A stretch of DNA of 32,000 nucleotides from Mucisphaera calidilacus. GTDB lineage: Bacteria > Planctomycetota > Phycisphaerae > Phycisphaerales > Phycisphaeraceae. The stretch is taken from the NCBI RefSeq assembly GCF_007748075.1, contig NZ_CP036280.1:1410001-1442000 (forward strand). Reading direction: 5' to 3'. Below the pieces are notes generated by a model. That model saw only the letters and a list, made by a program, of their open reading frames with translations. It did no database searches and was not told the DNA's origin. Below, piece by piece: positions 26,196-32,000 of the stretch. Position 1 is the stretch's first letter. Each line of letters begins with the position of its first letter. The position numbers and the translations under genes were made by a program.

Positions 26196-26846
26196 ATGAA
26201 CCTACATGTGCTGTTGGCGGATGAGCGGCTCAGGAAGTATGGCATCCCGACAGGAGCCGCTCTGCTGGCGATACTTTCTCTATGCGTCGGCAGTTACCTG
26301 TGGTGGTCGATGCAGATGCCCGCCATGCCGGAAACGCCGGATGACGTCCGGGCCATGCTCGAGGACTCCCGCCTGCGACACCTGTCACCTGATCGGCGTG
26401 AGGCCTACGCTCAGAAAGCGTTCGCGATCGTCAGCAGCATGGAGGGAGATCAGCGAGGCGAACTCTTCGGTGCGCTGCGTGAGAACCAGATGGCGCGCGA
26501 CAACATGCGCATGATGATGCAGCAGATGATGGTCGATCGGGCCCGCGCGTACGCGCTGGCGGACGAGGCGGAACGCGAACAGATTCTGGCCGACTCGGTA
26601 GAGCGGATGCGAGCGATGCGTCCCCCCGGCGGCGGGCGTCCCGAGGGCGGACGTCCGGAAGGAAACCGAGGCGGCGGAGGAGACCGGCAGTCGCGCTTCA
26701 TGGACCGGGCCGCAACCGGCAACCCGCAGCACGGGCAGATGATGCGAGAGTTCTTCCAGGCGATGCGCGAGTACCGTGAGAAGAACAACATCGAGGGTGG
26801 ACGTGGGGGCGGCGCCGGCCGGGGCGATCTCAACAAGCCGGCGTGA
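26196..26846 (+). CDS. Membrane-anchored Met-rich, Gly/Arg-rich hypothetical protein (Spy/CpxP-like helical protein?)
   Basis: AAGGAC SD. One N-terminal TM helix. Helical Met-rich core (MARDNMRMMMQQMMVDR). GGRPEGGRPEGNRGGGG and GGRGGGAGRG tracts. Coding-type codon bias. Confidence 0.65.
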   Translation: MNLHVLLADERLRKYGIPTGAALLAILSLCVGSYLWWSMQMPAMPETPDDVRAMLEDSRLRHLSPDRREAYAQKAFAIVSSMEGDQRGELFGALRENQMARDNMRMMMQQMMVDRARAYALADEAEREQILADSVERMRAMRPPGGGRPEGGRPEGNRGGGGDRQSRFMDRAATGNPQHGQMMREFFQAMREYREKNNIEGGRGGGAGRGDLNKPA

Positions 26847-26864
26847 GCCAGCCGACGACGCAGA

Positions 26865-27719
26865 TCACTGCAGTTCAACAACCTCGCCCGGTTCATGGGA
26901 CTTGATGAGACGATCGAGGTCGAAGGCGGCCGGCCGGAGCTTGCGCTGAGCCTGCTGACCGCCACGCAGCCGGTCGAGGTCCAAGTCGATCCGTGCCTCC
27001 TTGCCGTTCTCGACGATCTGCAGCCGGCGAGCCATCAGTGTCGTAGGGCCGGGGATCCCGTCAACGGGCAGGAAGTTGCTGTGGATCGCGAGGATCGACG
27101 AAGTGCCGTCGGGTCCGATGCGGTCGATGCGGAAAGGCGTCAGGTCGTGAGGGTTGAGCAGCAGTCGCGTAGGCACACCCTCCGGTTCGAGGAGCCAGTA
27201 ACCGTTGACAACCTCGATATTCCCCGTCTCGGGCAGCGGCATGATGCCAAGCAGCCACGGCACGTCGCGCGGCTGCAGCGGGACGGGCAGGTCGGGCGAG
27301 AAGATGTCGGCGGGCCTGCCGTCGGGACGTCGGTGGATGTAGACAACGCCGTCGCCTCGGAGGTCGAAGAGGTAATCGGCGGTGGGATTCATGCCGGCCC
27401 AAAGCCGGACGTGGCCGAGCTTGCCGATGGTCAGGGCGATCTGATCAGGCCGGATCAACAGCAGGTTGCCGGACCCCTGCTCGATCTTGTGCTCCTCGTC
27501 CTCAATCCACTCGAGCTTGAGGTCGGTGGCGGCCCAGAGTCGGTCGATGTTCGCGATGCGCTCGTTGTGCATCGACGCAGCCAGGGCGTAACTCGGCGGC
27601 GGGGGAGCGTCTTCGAGTGGCACCGGTAGGCCGAACGGCACGACCTCGACCGGCCTGGACTTGCAGCCGGCAAAGAGAGCCGCTGCCAGAATGAGTGCGA
27701 GCACGAGGAAGCGTTGCAT
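26865..27719 (-). CDS. Lipoprotein of unknown function (LolA/LolB- or DUF4292-like fold suspected)
   Basis: Signal peptide plus lipobox MQRFLVLALILAAALFAGC. The ATG overlaps the upstream stop (TGATG at 27717-27721). The remainder is beta-rich with no recognisable catalytic motif. Confidence 0.7.
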   Translation of the reverse strand: MQRFLVLALILAAALFAGCKSRPVEVVPFGLPVPLEDAPPPPSYALAASMHNERIANIDRLWAATDLKLEWIEDEEHKIEQGSGNLLLIRPDQIALTIGKLGHVRLWAGMNPTADYLFDLRGDGVVYIHRRPDGRPADIFSPDLPVPLQPRDVPWLLGIMPLPETGNIEVVNGYWLLEPEGVPTRLLLNPHDLTPFRIDRIGPDGTSSILAIHSNFLPVDGIPGPTTLMARRLQIVENGKEARIDLDLDRLRGGQQAQRKLRPAAFDLDRLIKSHEPGEVVELQ

Positions 27720-28312
27720 CAGTCGTCGATCTCCACGATCTGTCCGAGTTGTTCGATCAGTAAGGCGACGTCGTCCTCAGTCAGGCCGGGGTCGAGAACG
27801 CTGATCTGCCGATCCTCGTTCCACTTGCCCAGCGGCCCCTTGGCGGGATCAAGCTTGGGCGTGAGTTGCCAGACGGTCCGGGTTTCGTCGCCCTCGTCGT
27901 GTTTTTCAGCACCGTCGTAGCGGAGGAGCTTCTTACGCATCAGAACGAGCGTGATGACGTGACGCAGCGCGAGGCGCTTGCGATCCTCGGTGTCGGCGAG
28001 CCGTTCGAGCAGATCAAGCAGGACGCTGTCGTCGGCCCAAGGGGATTTCTTCGCGTTGGGTTCGGGCTGAGTCGTCTTCCAGAACGAGAAGAGACGCTCC
28101 GGGCGATAACCGCTGTCCCAGGCCTCAGCGGAGACATCGACGCGAGCGAAGCCGAGCGAGGGCGCGGCGGGCTTGCTACTCGGCTCCGCAGAGGTTTCGG
28201 TCTCGACGAGCGCCGCAAAATAAGGCTCGCCCGGCTCGAAGGCGCGGCCCGTCGAGGCACAGGATCCCGTGGCACGGGGCAATTCGTAAGCAGACGCATT
28301 GAGGCTGGACAT
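27719..28312 (-). CDS. Conserved hypothetical cytoplasmic protein (acidic C-terminus)
   Basis: GGAGGGAG SD 5 nt upstream of ATG 28312. No signal peptide. Motifs FEPGEPYFAALVE...FWKTTQPEP...RLALRHVITLVLMRKKLLRYDG. Lies 26 nt downstream of folD. Confidence 0.7.
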   Translation of the reverse strand: MSSLNASAYELPRATGSCASTGRAFEPGEPYFAALVETETSAEPSSKPAAPSLGFARVDVSAEAWDSGYRPERLFSFWKTTQPEPNAKKSPWADDSVLLDLLERLADTEDRKRLALRHVITLVLMRKKLLRYDGAEKHDEGDETRTVWQLTPKLDPAKGPLGKWNEDRQISVLDPGLTEDDVALLIEQLGQIVEIDD

Positions 28313-28338
28313 GTTGGCTCCCTCCGTGGAGCGTGCGG

Positions 28339-29235
28339 TCAGACAGCGGCCGGTTCGCGTGCTGTCTCGACGCCGAGCTGTCTCGCGGCACCGGTCACGG
28401 TCTGCTCCATCAGGACGGCGAGGGTCATCGGGCCCACACCACCCGGGACCGGCGTAATCATGCCCGACCTGGGCAGACAGTCATCGTAATCAACGTCGCC
28501 GACATTCCCCTTCGGCCCGGGATTAAAGCCGGCGTCCAGGATGACGGCACCCGGCTTGATCCAGTCGCCCTTGACAAAATTGGGCTTGCCCACAGCGGCA
28601 ACCACAATATCCGCCTGACGGACCACCTCGGGCAGGTTGGTGGTACGCGAATGACAGATCGTGACGGTCGCATTCGCATCGAGCAGGAGCATCGCCATCG
28701 GCTTGCCGAGGATGACCGACCGCCCGATCACGACGGCATGCCTGCCCTCGACGGGGACCTTGTAGTGGCGGATGAGACGCATGATCCCGCCGGGTGTCGC
28801 CGAGTCGAAGCCCGCAAGGCCGTAGGTCATGGTGCCGAACGAATAAAACGTGACGCCGTCCACGTCCTTGGCAGGCCCGATCGCCTCGAACGCGGCACGC
28901 TCGTCGATCTGCCCGGGCATCGGGTGCTGGAGCAGGATGCCGTGGACCGCGGGGTCCTCGGCGAGTTCACGCGTCTTGGCGACGAGTTCCTCGGTGGTCG
29001 TCGTTTCGGGGAACGTGACCTTGATCGACTTCATGCCCAGGTCCTGGCAGAGCTTCGCCTTGCGGTCGACGTACTTCTGCGAAGCCGGGTCACTGCCCGT
29101 AAGCACGGTGGCCAGACACGGCTGGACGCCCGTGGCATCGACGATCTGCCGGACACGCTGCCGGCAGTTCTCGAGAATCAGGTCGGCGACGGGCTTGCCC
29201 TTGAGGATGACCGGTGCATCGGCTTGTTCGTTCAT
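28339..29235 (-). CDS. folD: Bifunctional methylenetetrahydrofolate dehydrogenase (NADP+) / methenyltetrahydrofolate cyclohydrolase
   Basis: ILKGKPVA...ATVLTGSDPASQKYV..K...GILLQHPMP...KDVDG...ATPGGIMRL...VVIGRSVILGKPMAMLLL..ATVTICHSRT...TPVPGGVGPMT. ATG 29235 is used. The tracked 29589 extension overlaps cinA and lacks homology. Confidence 0.93.
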   Translation of the reverse strand: MNEQADAPVILKGKPVADLILENCRQRVRQIVDATGVQPCLATVLTGSDPASQKYVDRKAKLCQDLGMKSIKVTFPETTTTEELVAKTRELAEDPAVHGILLQHPMPGQIDERAAFEAIGPAKDVDGVTFYSFGTMTYGLAGFDSATPGGIMRLIRHYKVPVEGRHAVVIGRSVILGKPMAMLLLDANATVTICHSRTTNLPEVVRQADIVVAAVGKPNFVKGDWIKPGAVILDAGFNPGPKGNVGDVDYDDCLPRSGMITPVPGGVGPMTLAVLMEQTVTGAARQLGVETAREPAAV

Positions 29236-29242
29236 GACAGCG

Positions 29243-29248
29243 ATTATA
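29243..29248 (-). promoter_or_regulatory. Consensus -10 box TATAAT located 7 nt upstream of the folD ATG (leaderless arrangement)
   Basis: The minus strand reads gccgctcTATAATcgctgtcATG. No SD. Confidence 0.45.
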
Positions 29249-29280
29249 GAGCGGCCGGCCAACCGGTGGTCGCCTTGCAC

Positions 29281-29286
29281 TAACAT
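29281..29286 (+). promoter_or_regulatory. -10-like box TAACAT located 6 nt upstream of the cinA ATG (leaderless arrangement)
   Basis: Sequence gcacTAACATtgagtcATG. No SD. Lies in the same 57-bp divergent intergenic region as the folD box. Confidence 0.4.
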
Positions 29287-29292
29287 TGAGTC

Positions 29293-30582
29293 ATGTTTGA
29301 TGCTGCGATTGTCGCGATCGGTGACGAACTGGTGCTCGGCCAGACCGTCGATACGAACACCGCCTGGGTCTGTCAGCGGCTGGCGTCGCGCGGGATCATG
29401 GCGAAACTCCACCTGACCGTCCCGGATGACCGCGCGATGATCCGCGACGCCTTCGCCCAGGGCGCGCGGACGGCGCCATGGGTCATCGTCACAGGCGGCC
29501 TCGGACCCACGGAAGACGACCTCACACGCTTCGCGTTTGCCGACGCGCTGGGCGTGGAACTGGCAGAAGACCCGCAAGCCATGGCACACCTCCAGACCTG
29601 GTACGCCGGCCGTGGCAAGACCATGCCGCAGACCAACCTCGTGCAGGCCATGCTGCCGGCGGGCACCACCGTGCTGCCGAACCCTGTGGGGACGGCGGTG
29701 GGGATGCAGGGCTCGCTGGGCGGCTCAAGGGTCTTCGTGATGCCCGGCGTCCCGCGTGAACTCCACGCGATCTTCGAGGAATCGGTCCAGCCCTTGATCG
29801 ATGCGGCGACGGCGGGTCACTTCCTGCTCACACGCAAGATCAACACCTTCGGACTCGGCGAATCGACCGTCGCGGGTGTGCTCGGCGACCTCATGCGGCG
29901 GGACGCGAACCCGACCATCGGCACAACAGTGTCCGGCGGCGTCGTCTCGATCCGCCTCCGCGCCGAGACCGAGGACCGTGCACAAGCCGAGGCCATGCTC
30001 GACGACGCTGAGGCTGCCGTGCGCGAACGGATGGGCGCCTTTGTGTTCGGCGTCGACAGCGAACTGCTGCAGGAAGCGGCCGTGAGGCTTCTCGGGGATA
30101 AATCAATCACCGTGGCCACCGCAGAAAGCTGCACCGGCGGCAAGGTCGCAGCCGCCCTCACCGACGTCGCCGGTTCGAGCGCGGTCTACCCGGGAGGTTG
30201 GGTGACCTACGCCAACGAGCAGAAAGCCGCCAACCTGGGCGTCGACGCGGCACTGATCGAAGCCGAGGGAGCGGTGAGTCACGCCGTCGCCTGCGCGATG
30301 GCCGAGGGGGCACGCCGAGAGGCGGGGGTGGACCTGGCCATCTCAACGACGGGCATCGCGGGACCGAGCGGGGGCACCGACACGAAACCGGTCGGAACCG
30401 TCTGGTTCGGCCTGGCCGACGTCGGCGGGAGCCGCGCCTGGCACGCACACCTGCGCGGGAACAGAACCATGGTTCGCGACCGGGCGAGGATGATCGCCCT
30501 GCAGATCGTCCGGTTCGCGGCGCTCGGCGATGACCCGGCAGGCATCGAGTGGCTCTCCGAGGCCGTGCCAGAGGGTGTGTGA
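29293..30582 (+). CDS. cinA: CinA-family protein (MoCF-binding domain plus nicotinamide-nucleotide amidohydrolase PncC domain)
   Basis: N-terminal AIVAIGDELVLGQTVDTNTAW. GGLGPTEDDLT. C-terminal TVATAESCTGGKVAAALTDVAGSSAVYPGGWVTYANEQK. Confidence 0.9.
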   Translation: MFDAAIVAIGDELVLGQTVDTNTAWVCQRLASRGIMAKLHLTVPDDRAMIRDAFAQGARTAPWVIVTGGLGPTEDDLTRFAFADALGVELAEDPQAMAHLQTWYAGRGKTMPQTNLVQAMLPAGTTVLPNPVGTAVGMQGSLGGSRVFVMPGVPRELHAIFEESVQPLIDAATAGHFLLTRKINTFGLGESTVAGVLGDLMRRDANPTIGTTVSGGVVSIRLRAETEDRAQAEAMLDDAEAAVRERMGAFVFGVDSELLQEAAVRLLGDKSITVATAESCTGGKVAAALTDVAGSSAVYPGGWVTYANEQKAANLGVDAALIEAEGAVSHAVACAMAEGARREAGVDLAISTTGIAGPSGGTDTKPVGTVWFGLADVGGSRAWHAHLRGNRTMVRDRARMIALQIVRFAALGDDPAGIEWLSEAVPEGV

Positions 30583-30607
30583 TCGACGCGAGGTTGTGCG
30601 GGGGCGT

Positions 30608-30613
30608 TACAGT
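30608..30613 (+). promoter_or_regulatory. -10-like box TACAGT located 8 nt upstream of the ATG at 30622
   Basis: Sequence gcgtTACAGTgatcgccgATG. No SD. Confidence 0.3.
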
Positions 30614-30621
30614 GATCGCCG

Positions 30622-31401
30622 ATGGAGTCAATGACGATGAGTGATGCCACGCCAACGCCGACGACCGAACCACCGCTGCCCGCCACGGGGCGGCTCGACC
30701 TCCACGCGCACCTGATCCCCGACGTCGACGACGGCTCACGCAGCTACGACGAGACGGTCGCCCTCGTGCAACGCCTCAAACGCGCGGACTACAGCGGCTC
30801 GGTCTGCACGCCTCACGTCTGGCCGGAATTGTTCCCCGACAACACCCCGGCGAAGATCGCCGACCTGACCGCCGGGCTCCGCGGACACCTGGCCGACAAC
30901 GGCATCGACTACACGCTCTGGGACGGCGGCGAGCTCCGGCTCTTCGAGGGCGTGACGGCATGGCTCAAGGCCAACGGCGTGCCCACGCTCGGGCCGTCTC
31001 GGGCCGTGCTCTGCGACTTCTGGGAAGCAGAATGGCCAACGTTCGTGGACGAGGCCTTCGAGTGGATGCTCAGCGAGGGCTACCAGCCGCTGCTGGCGCA
31101 CCCCGAACGCATCCCGATGACCGAGGGACTCGAGGCCGAACTCGACCGCGTCCAGGCGCTCGGCGTGATGCTGCAGGGCAACCTGCGCTGCCTGACCGAT
31201 GAAGAATCGCCCCTGTCTCGACTGCGTGCACGGGCCTACCTGCAGGACGGCCGCTACAGCGTCATGGCACTCGACGTCCACCGCGCGGACAGCCTCGACA
31301 GCCGTATCGACGGGCTGGGGCTCGGCGCAGAACTCGTGGGGGCGGAACTGATCGACGAACTGACGATGGCGGCGCCCCGGAAGCTGCTTCAGATCGCCTG
31401 A
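30622..31401 (+). CDS. PHP-family protein-tyrosine phosphatase (CpsB/CapC/YwqE type)
   Basis: LDLHAHLIPDVDDGSRSYDET motif (compare DIHCHILPGIDDG). TPH. GGELR. LAHPER. Possible alternative Met starts at 30631/30637. Confidence 0.82.
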   Translation: MESMTMSDATPTPTTEPPLPATGRLDLHAHLIPDVDDGSRSYDETVALVQRLKRADYSGSVCTPHVWPELFPDNTPAKIADLTAGLRGHLADNGIDYTLWDGGELRLFEGVTAWLKANGVPTLGPSRAVLCDFWEAEWPTFVDEAFEWMLSEGYQPLLAHPERIPMTEGLEAELDRVQALGVMLQGNLRCLTDEESPLSRLRARAYLQDGRYSVMALDVHRADSLDSRIDGLGLGAELVGAELIDELTMAAPRKLLQIA

Positions 31402-31402
31402 C

Positions 31403-32000
31403 TCAACCCTGCAGCGAGAGGTCATCCATCGGCAGGGGGGTGACCTCGGGTTCGAGCCGGGCGTGGTTGCGGGAGGCGAGGATGTTGTTGTCGGCGAGCT
31501 CGGCCATGTTCTCGAAAGTCAGACGCCGGTAGCTCCCGCCCCGTTGACCGGACGGAACCCAGCCGTACAGCCCATAGCCCAGGGGATCGAGCAGCCGGAA
31601 ACAGCCCTCGGCCGGCTCCCGGCCGTGCGTCGCGATCACCAGGTGTGGCGCGTGGGTCTCAAGCGTCTCACGCGCCCCCCTGAGCACGATGACCTCTGCC
31701 CCCTCGGTGTCGATCTTCATCGCGGTCGGCGGCGGTTCAAGGGCCTCGGCAACAAACGTGTCCAGACGCATCATGCGCACAGACTCGGTCATCCCCGGGA
31801 GTCCGGCGTTGAGACGCCCCTCCGCGGGCTGCCCGCCCGAAACCCGATCGAGAACCGCTGACCCGTCGGTGATGTCATCGACCTGCAGCAACTCGTCGCC
31901 GTCAGTGTCGCCCAACGCGATCTCGTGAAGCCGAATCACGTCCGCCCTGGGACAGAGCTCGATGTTCCGCCGGGCCAGGTCGATGTTCTGCGTCATCGGC
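31403..32000 (-). CDS. FkbM-family methyltransferase (5'-partial; probably continues beyond the window end)
   Basis: MKIDTEGAEVIVLRGARETL is the hallmark FkbM motif. The SAM-binding N-terminal part expected for this family is missing, and the frame stays open to nt 32000. TGA at 31403-31405. Confidence 0.75.
   Translation of the reverse strand, partial: PMTQNIDLARRNIELCPRADVIRLHEIALGDTDGDELLQVDDITDGSAVLDRVSGGQPAEGRLNAGLPGMTESVRMMRLDTFVAEALEPPPTAMKIDTEGAEVIVLRGARETLETHAPHLVIATHGREPAEGCFRLLDPLGYGLYGWVPSGQRGGSYRRLTFENMAELADNNILASRNHARLEPEVTPLPMDDLSLQG

Noticed and set aside
26631-26660. 15-nt direct tandem repeat (ggcgggcgtcccgag / ggcggacgtccggaa)
   Set aside because: There are only two imperfect copies, in frame, encoding GGRPE-GGRPE. 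This is an ordinary low-complexity duplication and is noted under the Met-rich protein finding.
28333-29589. Plus-strand ORF 28333..29283 (316 aa) and the 5' extension of the folD ORF to 29589
   Set aside because: The plus-strand ORF is antisense to folD. The extension upstream of ATG 29235 overlaps cinA and has no FolD homology. FolD homology starts at MNEQADAPVILKGKP.

Overview
GC-rich, gene-dense, mostly housekeeping chromosomal segment. It looks like a Planctomycetota/PVC-type genome: three PEP-CTERM-type cargo proteins, a prepilin-type H-X9-DG/DUF1559-like pseudopilin, a PVC-type 'small basic protein' and a futalosine-pathway radical SAM enzyme. I call 36 protein-coding genes, two of them partial at the window edges. 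They include mqnE-like, acpS, an aminotransferase, PhoD, pheA, a GT4 glycosyltransferase, birA, nadC, carA, gap, xseA/xseB, a prepilin peptidase, an OmpA-like lipoprotein, hisH, DUF89, folD, cinA, a CpsB-type PHP phosphatase and an FkbM methyltransferase. I saw no rRNA, tRNA, CRISPR array, transposase, integrase or phage genes. I found no clear-cut defence or mobile island, so I cannot point to an obvious self-contained new system. The strongest observations are: (1) -10-like TANNNT boxes sit 6-8 nt upstream of many start codons that lack a Shine-Dalgarno (SD) motif, which suggests widespread leaderless transcripts; this includes two extremely compact divergent promoter regions and a terminator that abuts the carA promoter. 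(2) An ASCH domain fused to a B3/AbrB-like barrel is translationally coupled inside the carA-nadC-birA operon. (3) A secreted TLDc-like protein carries a PEP-CTERM anchor. (4) An unknown cytoplasmic protein and a lipoprotein are coupled downstream of folD. (5) The conserved N-terminus of XseA is encoded upstream of any canonical start codon. All domain calls come from motif recognition by eye and need HMM or structure confirmation.
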